Source: Atractiella rhizophila
Lineage: Eukaryota
NCBI GenBank assembly: GCA_021432655.1
Contig: MU271403.1
Coordinates: forward strand, 53,057-73,056
DNA: 20,000 nt
Direction: 5' to 3'
Position 1 is the stretch's first letter. The number at the start of each line of letters is the position of its first letter. Below, in pieces: positions 1-13,845 of the stretch. A program made the position numbers and the translations under genes. The notes beneath the pieces were generated by a model, which saw only the letters and a program-made list of their open reading frames with translations, was not told the DNA's origin and did not search any database.

Positions 1-3008
<3,008 letters not shown>

Positions 3009-3334
3009 CTTTTATCGCTTCTTATAACTGTTACTCTAGTTCCCGCCTTTCGTATTCCTTTATAACTGAGATTGCCTCAGTAAGAGAGTAAGAGGATCCC
3101 TGCAAAATACAACTTAAAAATAACCAATACTCTGTTCAAAAAAGTTGAAGAGCGTACAGAAATCTCGTACGTACACATGTCTCTTGTTGCTTTTAAAATA
3201 TCACGTGGTTATGTCATCATTACCAAACAGTGAAAAAGAACATTCCCATTATCGATATTATTGCAGTTATCACAGTCATTAGCGAACGAGAATAGAACGT
3301 CAGCTCAACGGCCTAAATCCAACGCCACGACGAA
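3009..3334. promoter_or_regulatory. Divergent promoter region between SPB1 and the BTB gene, with an E-box/Cbf1-like ATCACGTGG at 3200-3208
   Basis: 326 bp AT-rich spacer between head-to-head ATGs (3008 on -, 3335 on +). CACGTG is seen directly; its function is inferred. Confidence 0.55.
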
Positions 3335-5700
3335 ATGTCGCAACTTATCCTGGAAGAAGACGACCCTCGTCTTTACTCCCTCCACTCCCAATACATGGAG
3401 GTTAGTTGTCTGCTTTCTCTCAGGAATAAATTGTTCCTACATTGTGATGTTATAGACCAAGTTTAGATGGAACATCTCACGAGATAACAGTCTCGCGCTC
3501 CTTTCGCCCGTCAACGGACGCCTCAGACAAGCCATGATCCGCTCTCCCACCTTTGGAGCTCGCAGATGGCGCGTCATGTTGATGGTGCGTCATTTCATCA
3601 TTTTATTTCCGTCTTATATCCTTTTTGTTGGAGGTACCTATCTGATTCGCTGTTTCCAGCTGATAGAGCGGAAGCTAGTCGTTGCGCTCCAGACGGTCGT
3701 CACGGACGAAGATAGGGACATCGATCCCATCCAGACACACAGATGGTGGAGCTCGTCCTCACCCAGCACGCTGACTATCGTCGAGGACCCACGGTACATG
3801 GTCGAGGTCCGTTTCCTCCTCAAACTTTCCTGCATCAGTCCTGCGAGGCTTTTATGCTGATCACTCGCTCTTTAGCTCCAACTCATCGACCAGAACGGTC
3901 ACACCTCACAGATCGTCCAGACCGGAGGAGACCAGTTCCTGAATAACCACCATGAGTCGGGGACGGAAGTCAGGTATCCCACACCTTCCCTTTCTCCTAA
4001 GCTCCAGCTCCACACTCATTGACCACTGCTCCTTCGAATGACAGAGTACATCTAATGGACGACCTCGAACCGGAAGGAAAGCCAATCTACAAACAACACC
4101 TCGAAGCCGTGTGTCCCCTCCATCCTGCCTCCCCCTCGTGTTGCCTCAAAAACTGAAACTTCGTGGAACAGGGCGGCAGTTTCCGAATGGAGATCTCCAT
4201 CTTCGAATCGGGGCGGTTCAAGTCTTTATCATACGAAGAGGCGCACCCGGAGAGTGTCGAGCTGAAGAAGTCGTTACAGGCTCAAGAGGCGCAGTGTCGG
4301 TTTCTGTCTCATTCCGCAAAATCCTTGCTTGTCACGTTGGACGATGAGACTATGGCCGATACTGTGTTTGTGTTTTATCGAGGTAAAGAAAACGGAAAGG
4401 GAAGCGGTGGAGGAGAGACTGATACTGATAGAGAAGGGAGCAAAGGAGGAGATAAGGGGGAGAAGAGAATTTATGCTAAGATGTCGGTGTTGAAGACTCT
4501 ATGCGAATACTTTGAGGACATGTTTGAGAGCGGACTGAAGGAGTGTACGGTCGATTGGGAGGAGGCGGAGGGAGGAGGAGCGAAACCATTGGAATGGAAC
4601 AAGAAAGGGGAGGAAGGGAAGGAGGACGAGAATGGGAAGGAGGCGGAGGGTGACGTGAGGAGGAAAGCTGACGAGAGGATGTCAGTCAGCGAGGAGTCTT
4701 GTGCGTCTCACCTCCCTTGTTATCCCAATAACATGAGCTGAACCGACAGAGATAGCGACGGAGAGTGAGGACGAGGAAGGCCCAGACGATGACTCCGATA
4801 TCGAGGAAGATGAATACGACTTCCATCCTCAAGCTGTACGTGTCTCTTCCACTGCCTCAAGCTATCGATGATGGTCTTTCTTTAGAGAAAAGAAGTGAAC
4901 ATCGCGAAGATGTCACAAGTACCCATCCGACACGCGGCGTACATATCCTACTATGCCCTCCTATACTTTCTCATCTCCGGGTAGGCCACTTCCATCCCTC
5001 CCCACTCCATGAATGGGAGCTGACATTTGCGTACGCGTCTGGTGAAAAGACGGATAGATTTTGCCTCCATCCGCTCCTCCTCATCCTCCACTTCGAGCAT
5101 ATCATCATCCACAGCTTCGTTAGTTCCCTCTACAGACAGGAGGAAGGTCCTATCTTCCCTACAAGAGGCAGGAGCGAACGAATTCGGGATCGCACCCTGT
5201 TACCCCGTCAGTCCAAAGTCGATGTACAAGCTCGCAGACCGTTTGTCACCTCAATCCCATCCCATCCATTTAGAATGTTTATTTGAGATGCTAAATTGGA
5301 TGGTGGATAGGATACCGATTGGACTCTCTGAAGGAGCTGTGCTTCGTACACATCAAACAGTCCCTCGACGTCAATAACGTCGTGATTGAGATCTTTAGCG
5401 CGTTTTCGAGTACTTATGACAGTGTGAGGAAACTGCAGATTCAGTATTTGACCGAACACTGGGTGCGTCTTCCATCCCTCCCTGAATCGGTTAAAATAGC
5501 ACGATTGACTGGGTCATTGTTTTGGTGGGATGTAGGAAGAAGTTAAGAATACAGTGCAGTGGAAGAACTTGGAGAACAACATCAGTCCCGGACAGATTTC
5601 GATTTGGTGAGCTTCTTATCCCCTTGAGTCGATTAGAGCGCGTTAGCTCATGCTGGATCTGTTGTGCAGGCGAGAAATATGTGAAAGCCTTCGTCCTTAA
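3335..5700 (+). CDS. BTB/POZ-domain protein with a MATH-like N-terminus and BACK-like C-terminus (putative Cul3 adaptor), about 550 aa, 12 exons
   Basis: Exons 3335-3400, 3456-3584, 3660-3806, 3876-3973, 4045-4108, 4172-4700, 4756-4835, 4886-4980, 5050-5240, 5311-5462, 5536-5606 and 5670-5700 total 1653 nt in frame, all GT-AG. BTB motifs: ADTVFVF..RIYAKMSVLKTLCEYFEDMFESGLKE, IRHAAYISYYALLYFLISGRIDFASIRS, SPKSMYKLADRYRLDSLKELCF, LDVNNVVIEIFSAFSSTY. The N-terminal FRWNI..SPTFGARRWRV is MATH-like (weaker call). Confidence 0.85.
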
Positions 5701-5861
5701 ATGCAGCTCAGTGCCTGGTTCCAGCGTCTGTAAAGTTGATACTCTTATGCTGTTGTTATTTTACGCATTGTTCGTAGTACTCTTGCATATGATCCGTCTT
5801 CTCATAATATCATATCAGTATCCCAATTATCCCATTTGGGACTTGAAATGAAACCTCAATC

Positions 5862-5874
5862 CCACGTGACATTT
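5862..5874 (+). promoter_or_regulatory. E-box/Cbf1-like motif CCACGTGACATTT about 50 bp upstream of RTT109
   Basis: Seen directly. It nearly matches CCACGTGATATTT on the minus strand upstream of SPB1. Confidence 0.35.
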
Positions 5875-5918
5875 AACACCAACTTCTTCTTCGTCCAAGT
5901 CGGGAAGGTTCGACAAAG

Positions 5919-7451
5919 ATGTCGACGAAAAGCACTCTGCTCGCGCACCTGCTTAACTCGCTAGCCACTCTCCCAGGCACACACAGCTACACCCTTCGCA
6001 TCCTGCGCTCGAGGCCCAAACGCTCGCACTCTGCCTTCCCCTACGCGTCCAATCCCAACGCCAAAGTCTACGTCGAAGAGCTCCTCGTCCTCCTCACCTC
6101 AACCTCTGCCTCTACTTTACCCAACACTCGCACCACACCACATAACCATGAACATCCACAAGAACACCCGCATGAAGGTGTGTCTGAACATAAATACGAC
6201 CAAGAAGACGGCGTGCCAATCTTCGGCCTCGAAGCACACATCTACACCGTCCCTAGCACCTCCACTGCGCTCGTCTACATCTCAAAAGTGGACACTACCG
6301 GCCTGCTCCCTCCCAATGAGGGCAAAGGGGCAGCGGGGACCATCACCGCTGCGTTCGTGTCGTACTTCCTCTCTCATCCGCACCGAGGCGTGACATCCAC
6401 GAGAATCCACGTCTTTGCACGCTCACAGAGCCAGTACCTGTTCCCTGGAAGCGCGGAGAACGTGCATAAGAAGGAGAGGTTGCTGGATGATAAACGCCTC
6501 TGTGGATGGTGGAAGCGTGTGCTGTCGGAAGGGATTGAGCGTGCTGGTCTTAAACTCACTTCTTCGCTTTCGGATAAGGTCGTGGCAGCTGGATCAGAGG
6601 AAGGACGAGTGCGAGCCTGGTTCTTGCTCCCAGGGTTCGAATACATAGAAGCGAAACGGTTCGTGAACGATGACAACTCCAGTGGATGGACGTACGGACA
6701 CCCCTACACCACCCTCAGCTCTCCAGTGCCTCTTCCTACCTCTACCCAATCCGAATCATCCGCTCTACCTCGACTGGGCGACCTCGTGCCCTCTTTCCCA
6801 GACGATCCAAAATCTCGTTTCCTCAACTCGCTCACAAGCTCCCGTCTGAACCCGGCGGGGGAGAGGAATGATTGGGACGAGGAGATGTACGGGTTGAGGA
6901 CCGAAGGGGCGGGCTCGATGAAGAGGGTGGAGGTGGAGAGGGAGAGGGAGAGGGAGAGGAAACGGTTGGAAGAGGTCGAAGGCGGAGCGGACGAGTTTTG
7001 GGAGAGGATGGCGTGGAGACAGGAGTGCTGTGATGGACATGTTGGTGGATTCTTTGTCGTTGCGAGAGAGGAGAAGGAAAGTCTATCGTCGATTGGTGCT
7101 GGTGAACATACCGTTTCCCTCGCACCTCATCCCATGTCATTACCGACAGTCAACTACATTCCACTCTGGTCCACAGTCCACAACCTATCTTACACCACTC
7201 CATCCCTCCAATCTGGATCACTCGTAACCTCATTCGCTCGCTGGGTGGAAGAATTCAAAAGCTTAGCCACAAAAGAAGGATCTGAAGGAAGCGAAGAGGG
7301 CTGGAAAGCAGAATGCGAAGGTAAAATCCAGGTCAACAACAAAGACGTAGATATTGGCACAGAGAAGGGAAAAGGAAAGAGGAAGGAAGCCGAGAAGGAG
7401 GAGCAGAAAGTCAATACGCTCGTCCCGAGAAAAAAGAAAAAGGTTGCTTGA
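5919..7451 (+). CDS. RTT109: Histone H3K56 acetyltransferase Rtt109 (KAT11), 510 aa, single exon
   Basis: Uninterrupted ORF with the Rtt109 motifs LVYISKVDTTG, HVFARSQSQYLFPGSAEN..KK..LLDDKRLCGWWKRVL, FPDDPKSRFL and DEFWERMAWRQEC, ending in a basic VNTLVPRKKKK (NLS-like). Confidence 0.96.
   Translation: MSTKSTLLAHLLNSLATLPGTHSYTLRILRSRPKRSHSAFPYASNPNAKVYVEELLVLLTSTSASTLPNTRTTPHNHEHPQEHPHEGVSEHKYDQEDGVPIFGLEAHIYTVPSTSTALVYISKVDTTGLLPPNEGKGAAGTITAAFVSYFLSHPHRGVTSTRIHVFARSQSQYLFPGSAENVHKKERLLDDKRLCGWWKRVLSEGIERAGLKLTSSLSDKVVAAGSEEGRVRAWFLLPGFEYIEAKRFVNDDNSSGWTYGHPYTTLSSPVPLPTSTQSESSALPRLGDLVPSFPDDPKSRFLNSLTSSRLNPAGERNDWDEEMYGLRTEGAGSMKRVEVERERERERKRLEEVEGGADEFWERMAWRQECCDGHVGGFFVVAREEKESLSSIGAGEHTVSLAPHPMSLPTVNYIPLWSTVHNLSYTTPSLQSGSLVTSFARWVEEFKSLATKEGSEGSEEGWKAECEGKIQVNNKDVDIGTEKGKGKRKEAEKEEQKVNTLVPRKKKKVA
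6935..6959 (+). repeat. (GAGAGG)x4 coding microsatellite encoding ERERERER in RTT109
   Basis: Tandem hexamer visible in the sequence. Confidence 0.7.
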
Positions 7452-8236
7452 TATCTTGGTCCTTCTTGGTGTGCGTTCACTTCCTTTCCCTCATACGCAT
7501 GAAAGAGAGGCTGATGCAGAGATAGATTCTTGGTTAGCAGGAGTTCTGGTTCTCATTTGTAATAACAAGCTGAATTTCTAACTTTCGACCATCTGACTTT
7601 GCAAGGGAAGAAACAATCATCCTAGCTTGATCTCCATCTCCATCTCTTCGACTTGTGCCATAGTCCTCATCCTCCTCTGCATGCCCTTGTGAATCGCAGG
7701 ACTGACAGCTCATAGTGTCCCTAACTAGTAGACGTAGAGTCAGAAAGAAGTGGATGTTCAAGAGCTGGTGTGCGAGAGGACTTGGGAGTCGCGAGGAGAA
7801 ACAAGATGGAGTAAACGGCGTAAAGCTTTCACTACCAGCATCTGACAAAAGAGTATACCTTCCAATTTTCTGACTTTCGCCAAGGCTGTCACCACTGTTA
7901 CAATGCTCCTGCCTTGGAGGATTACCGGGAGGGCAAGTTCTGAACACTGCAAATGCTAAAGTATTGAGCAGGATTCTGAGAGGCAAGATTGATGATGACC
8001 ATGTCATTATGCACCATTGAATATTGAACCTAAGCACGACAAACGAATGACGAAAATTGATTAATACAACCGAATCAGGGTGAAAGATGCAAGCATGCGT
8101 AGATATCGTGTAACGTTACTTTACAGAAATAAAACGTGTCTGTTCCCCTGTCTCTGTCAGTGCTGGACGATCTGGTGGCACGGATCGGGGCAATACTCAC
8201 CAGCAATGAACCTCATACCTCCGTTCACCTCTCCAC

Positions 8237-11200
8237 TCAGCTCCCGTCAGACGTGCCTTCATCCACGTTCACCTCCTCACTCACAGGTGCGGCTCTTCTT
8301 GCGGGCAATGGAGGAGGCTGAGAATTCCTGGGTTCCTGGTCAATCGTTGCTTCCTCTTCGTTCTCTTTCGGCTTAAATGAATCGCTGCCTATCCCAAACC
8401 GATGGCTTTCATCCAGTTTCCTCGGCACCGCCATCATTGTCATCTTCCCATACATCGGTGTCGGAGGCGACATGCCATACGGTGAGGGTGATGGAGAGGA
8501 AGGAGTCGGGCTCTGAGGGATCTTAGGGAGTGGCAGAGTGACCGAGCCGTTTAACATCGTCGACACAGGGGTGGAAGTTGGCGGTGTTGGCGTAGAGGTC
8601 AAGGAAGCAGGGTACTGTGGTTTCGGAACATCGTAGGGATCATATCTCTCCACCGTCCCCATGCGTGAAGAAGTAGAAGGAGGGGAGGAAAAGGCCGTGA
8701 TCGATGTGGTTGGTACAGGCACCGGTGGGATGAACGTGCCCATGGACGTGGCAGAAATGCTTTTTCTCTTCTCGCGCGCTTGCTCCGAAGGATGTGGTCG
8801 TGACATCGGCTGATGGCTTTGAGGCGGAGGAGGGAGAGTCGGGAGGTCTAGAAGCGGCGCCACCTTGGCCGGGGTATATCCCTCCTCCTCATCCCTTAGT
8901 TTCGACGCCCTATAATCCTTGTAACTGACTTCTCTCTCTCCTCCATTTAGGTGCCCAGCCCCCACATCGAATTTGAGAGGATCCCTCTCCAGCTCCTCTG
9001 CCTCTTCCCCGCCTCCACCAATCGGTGTCCCGCTACCGCTCCCGTTCATCGAAGGAGAGGGGGAATTACCGGCCATCTTTCTCTTCTCCGCCCAATTCTT
9101 TCCCCACTTCCTCATCGCGTCCATTCCCGCCGCTATGGCCTGCTTATCCGTCGCCTTCGCTTTCCAAGTATTGAATACCGAACTTGCAGAGCTATTAGAA
9201 GGAGAGGCGGACAGATTCGACGGCGATCCAGACGACATAGTAGAAGCGGAGGAGGAGGGGAGGTTTAGACTGCCACGGTCGACGGACATCGAGGACTCGT
9301 GTCGGCGGGGCGGAAGGGCCGGAGGATGGAGAGGTTTCTTGGGGGTCGACGTTGATGTGGTTGCGGAGGTGGTTGAAGTCCTGGAAGAGGTTGACGGTGA
9401 GCGACCGAGTGGGAATTCCACAGAAGCAAGCTCTGTCGATGACGGTATTGATGTTAAGGTGGAGTCGGTTGGGGGATTAGCATTAGGAGCAGAAGGTGCA
9501 GAATTGGTCCGAGTTCTTTGTTCTCGCTCTCCATCCTCCTCTTCCTCCCTCGAGATCTCAGGGACGACGGCGCTCTTGGACCTCTCCCTTGTTGGACTAG
9601 CGACCTCAGGTTCGTCCTCTTCCCGGCTGCTCTCTTCCACAGCTAAGAGCGCGTCGTGCCGTTCAGGGGTCTCCACCGTAGGTAGGGGCAATGTCACCAC
9701 ATTTTCTGTCCTCCCGCTCACATCCACACCTGCTCCCTCCTTCTTCAATATCTCTCTCAGTGTCCCAACCGCATCTCTCTCCTTTCTCTCCTCTCCCTCA
9801 CCCACGTCCTCCGCCACACTCGACGGTCTACTCCGTTTACCGCTACCTGCAGCAAAAATTGATGGGTGTTTGAGATCCCTGTTAGGATGTGGGGAAGCGG
9901 AGGCGGGAGAATCATCTTTCTTCCCAATCGAAGAGAACCAGCTCTTCCGTCTACTATGTTCCCGCTCCCCATTCACCCCTATTGAAGAGGAAGAAGCGTT
10001 CGTTGATTCACGGAGTGTTGCAGCACGATTCGCAGCCCAAGACGAGAGTGAGAATGAGGAAGAGGAGCCTTCAGGATTAGAGAAGAGAGGGGCGGATTTG
10101 GCCGAGCTAGGTTTCTCCTTCCTATTCCTTAGCCTTTCGTCCTTTTCAATCCCCACACCTGTCCCTTCCGTCCTCTCGTCCTCTGACGAGTTGTTGTTCG
10201 TCTGAGGGGAAGATGAGGAAGCAGTCGCGGTCTCGCGTTCTAATTCGTCTACAGTGTGCACCTCGCTCGGTTTTGTCGGTATCGTCCTCTCTTTCCGAAG
10301 GGCTGGTGCCCACAGTCCACCTCGTTGAGGATACCCTGCAGTATTGAAGAATGGTATATCGTCCAGATGGGGCACGACCAAGGACTCGGCAATCTGGCGA
10401 ACCCACCAAATCAACCTCATACTCATCACAGGGGCAAAGAGCGGTTGTGTTAATTTGGGAGAGCGAAGTGAGACTTACCACTTCTCGTATGCGCAACTCG
10501 ATCTGATTCAATATCATCCCCCACCCAATCTTCCTCTGACTGACCACCGGTTCCGTAGCCATCGTTATCCTAGGCATGGTTGCGAATCCGAACCAGAGCC
10601 TATTCGACGGCGGTTTCTTGATCTTGAGCACCAGTTGGCCCTCCAGCTCCTTCAAGACGACGGCGAGGACGAGGGGTACGGAGTACGATTTGAGCCTCTG
10701 ACCCAGGTTGATCGTCGCCACCGCCTCGATCGTTATCCGCACTTCTCCCTTGTACGACACGTCGAGCGACATGCTCGCCTCCCCCTGGGCGGTCAAGTCT
10801 TGAAGCAGAGGTCGAGTGAAGATGGGGACTGAGTTGCCGACGGACACTTCTCGTATTTGAACGTCGGAAAGGAACGTCGGCTTCTTGACCCGGTTGATCT
10901 TCCGCATCAACCTGGAAATGATCCAGGCCTCGATGGCTTCGGTGCGGTAGACGCTGAAGAAGAGCCTTCCGAGCATCGCGTTGATCCATCGACTGTGAAG
11001 AGAATCGGGAGGACGATCGATGCTGTGGGTAAGCTCGAGCATGTCGAGAGAAGAAAAGAGGAGACGATCGCGTTCGATTTCGGTGGAAGACGATGGAGAG
11101 GCGTGGGAGGGGTGCGAGGGGGACAACTTGGAGGCGTAAATGAGGTCATGGTACCAATCTTCTTTCTCTGAATTGGTCTTCGCGAAAATATACCATTCCT

Positions 11201-11849
11201 TCTCCCCTTCCTCTTCTTCCTCCACACCTTCTGGCGGCCTCGCTGTATCCTCCTCCTTCTCTCCTTCTCCTTCCTCTACCTCATCGTCTTTGGAAAGCTT
11301 CTCAGACTCAGACTTCTTCTGAGCTCGAGGAATAAGACAAATAGCCTTCCTCTTTGCGAACAGCTCTCCCTCCAACCCGTCTTCCTCAGGCACTATGCGC
11401 ACCTCATAACCACCCAAATCGAGTGCATCCACACACTCCCTCTCCTCCGCATCCGCATACAAATACAACACATTCCTCTTCAACACCGCATTGAACGTGT
11501 CCTTCGGTTTAGCACGCTTCGGGTCCTTGGATCTCGCGTCCATGAAGGAGCGGTAGCCAGAAACCATGAGGGAAACATAAGTGTCCGCTGTCTGGGATGG
11601 CGCATAGGTGTGTCTGATGGTGAGCCAGCCCGCGCGTAACAGGGTGACCTCTCCCTCCTTTGGCTCTTCCTTTGAGCTGACTGAGGTCGAAAACGACTCG
11701 AGCGGGATGGTGTCTGAGGAAGGATCCGTGGCAGAGAGGTTGGCAGGGGTTGAGAAGGCGTAGAAGAGCGCGAGAAGGATGGCAGCCCAGATGGGGACGA
11801 AAGTAAGGCCGCCTAGGAAGTAGATGATCCACAGTGCCAGTGCGCCCAT
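8237..11849 (-). CDS. NVJ2: Nvj2/TEX2-like membrane-contact-site lipid-transfer protein (N-terminal TM, PH-like and SMP domains, long disordered tail), about 1175 aa, 2 exons
   Basis: Exons 11849-10479 and 10393-8237; intron gtaagt...cag of 85 nt. TM: MGALALWIIYFLGGLTFVP. PH-like: RAGWLTIR..FNAVLKRNVLYLY..ELFAKRKAICL..SEKEDWYHDL. SMP: RWINAMLGRLFF..KINRVKKPTFLSD..LKIKKPPSNRLWFGF..EPVVSQRKI..IAESLVVPHLDDIPFF. The tail is S/P/E-rich. Confidence 0.9.
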
Positions 11850-12557
11850 CTTGTGCTGGCAGCTGCTCTTGCTGGTGAGGTCCTTGGGTGGATGTCGCAA
11901 CTGGGTTCCAGTAGTGACGTACTCAACACGTTTGGGGAACACGTAGTTTAGTCTTCTTACACTGTGCCGACTCACAAGAGAGCCAAAGCTCTCTCGCATG
12001 GGCATATACCAAGCTGGAAGTCAAGGCATTTGATGTATCCCTTACAGTCCCGTGCCACTAGTCCTGTTGTCGAATGCCTGCAGCCTCCAGTGATTATGTA
12101 TAAGGGCCATTGTGCACCGTTTATTCACATATACCCTCAAGTCATTCTCAGTAAGAGCGAACCTCCCACGCTTTCCAAGCGGGATAATCGTGTCAAATTG
12201 CTACTGCAACACAGTAAACGCAGTGGGAGTTGCGCCCCCGTCCTGTGTACCGTACAGTAGCGTAGTGCTATGCTGTTGGAACCCGAGACGAGGAAGAAAC
12301 CCAAGTTGGGCTACACGTTGTTCTCGGGTATCGTACCCGATGGAATAACTGCAGAAGGGATCGAGCCAGTGGAGAGGAATGTGCAGCCTAGTCACAGCGC
12401 CGGGGTCGAGAAAAAAGGTCGGGCAAGTTTGCAAAAAATGGAGTTCTGCGTTCACCTATCGTTTTTACTACGTGGTGAAGGGTATTATTATCTGTTGTCA
12501 CAAAAAGTCAAAAAGTCAGATAAATACTAAAATGAGTAACGAAAGTGCCAACCTGTT

Positions 12558-13441
12558 CTAGCCATTCAACTTCACTTCATAGCCACCATCGCTATCCTTT
12601 TGGTTCATCACGAAATTGTCGAGACTCAATCCAAATCGTCCCAAAATATCATTACCCAGATCTTTAAGCTTTCCGACCACTTCTTTTGTTTCCCGCGCTT
12701 TAGCAGCGTCGATCAATGGTTCCAACGCCTGCAGTTTCGCTTGGATTTGCGCATCGCTCGGTCTGCCTGACGACAAGGGGAGGGACAATAGTCTTGTATA
12801 ATCTATTGTTGACAGGATCAATTTGCAGAACTCAACAAACGCAGGATACACACCTTCCTGTGCTGAGACTAAGGATGACCAGGTCCCAATGCTGCTATTG
12901 GCTATTGCGCGCCGATGGATGGCTTTTACGAAAGTATCGTCGTCCCGAAGTGCTGCAGGATAGACGTCAGTTCTTAAATCTGATGGACTTTGAATCAACT
13001 CACAAAGGGTACACTCTTCAACAGCTTCGGCATATCGCTCCTATGAAGTAAAAATTATCAAAGATAGAACTACACGTGAAAGCAGCAAGATCTAAGCAAG
13101 AGATCCTATTTTGCAAAAATGGTGTTTCACCAAAGAATGAAAGTATTGAAGTGACGAAGGAAGAGAATTCTCACCAATTTAAGCAGTCCTTGAGCTTTGT
13201 TCGCATGCAGTATTATCCTAACATCCTTCAACTTCTTCTGTATATCCTGCAACTCGACCTTTTCATTGCCAAAATCTTCCGGTAGATCCCCCAAAGCCTC
13301 TTCGTATGCGTCCAAAGCTGCCGTGTATTGTTTCTCCCTGATTGCAGAATTGCCACGCTCTTTAGCCTCAAGAGCATATGTAAGGGCTTGAGTCAGCAAG
13401 GACGACGTCGGCGCTGACGGGCCAGCTATGGAGTCGTTCAT
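12558..13441 (-). CDS. TTC1: Tetratricopeptide repeat protein 1 (TTC1)-like co-chaperone, about 215 aa, 4 exons
   Basis: Exons 13441-13175, 13040-13004, 12952-12854 and 12802-12558 total 648 nt in frame. TPR motifs: AKERGNSAIREKQYTAALDAYEEAL, ILHANKAQGLLKLERYAEAVEECT, FVKAIHRRA. The C-terminus EVVGKLKDLGNDILGRFGLSLDNF..GGYEV is characteristic of TTC1. Confidence 0.88.
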
Positions 13442-13845
13442 CTGAATGGCTAAGCAATCAAGATCGTATCCGGCCCTCACTGAGACTGACTGGAAGCTGC
13501 TGGAAGGATAGTAGATGAGATCGATGCGTGCGGCGACTGGCAACACTACGAAGTCCGAGTCTGAGTTGATCGAGAAATTTGAACTGCCTGCTTTAGGATA
13601 GCAGCCCTGCTAGTGGTTATTGTGCCACACTCTCTTCGGCGCTGTAAATGTGTTAGAATAGTGATGGAAATCCAGCAAGCTGAGCACGTATGACATAAAG
13701 AGACAGGTCGTAAGAAGAGTTCATCAGGACTGAGAGACAACTTGGATTTTGGAACTGATTTCTGAGAAAGGAGAAGAGAAACAGGCAATTACTGGCGAAA
13801 AGGGAAAAGGAGGGTCACGAAACAATTTAGTAGAATGTCATTACG

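Noticed and set aside
8973..10205. 410-aa plus-strand ORF
   Set aside because: Antisense shadow of the low-complexity S/P/E-rich NVJ2 tail; non-ATG start and no domain features.
11850..12005. In-frame upstream ATGs extending NVJ2 by up to 52 aa
   Set aside because: Nvj2-family proteins begin close to the YxLGGLTF TM segment, so ATG 11849 fits better. The extension cannot be fully excluded without TSS data.
12299..12313. ACCCAAGTTGGGCTA resembles the eukaryotic RNase P CR-V motif
   Set aside because: No matching upstream CR-I (GGAA plus the complementary P4 strand) was found.
13041..13174. Unusually long (134 nt) TTC1 intron with an internal aaatag acceptor, a possible hidden 30-nt exon or snoRNA
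   Set aside because: The second sub-intron would be only about 35 nt with a poor donor, the TPR reads correctly without it, and no C/D boxes are present.
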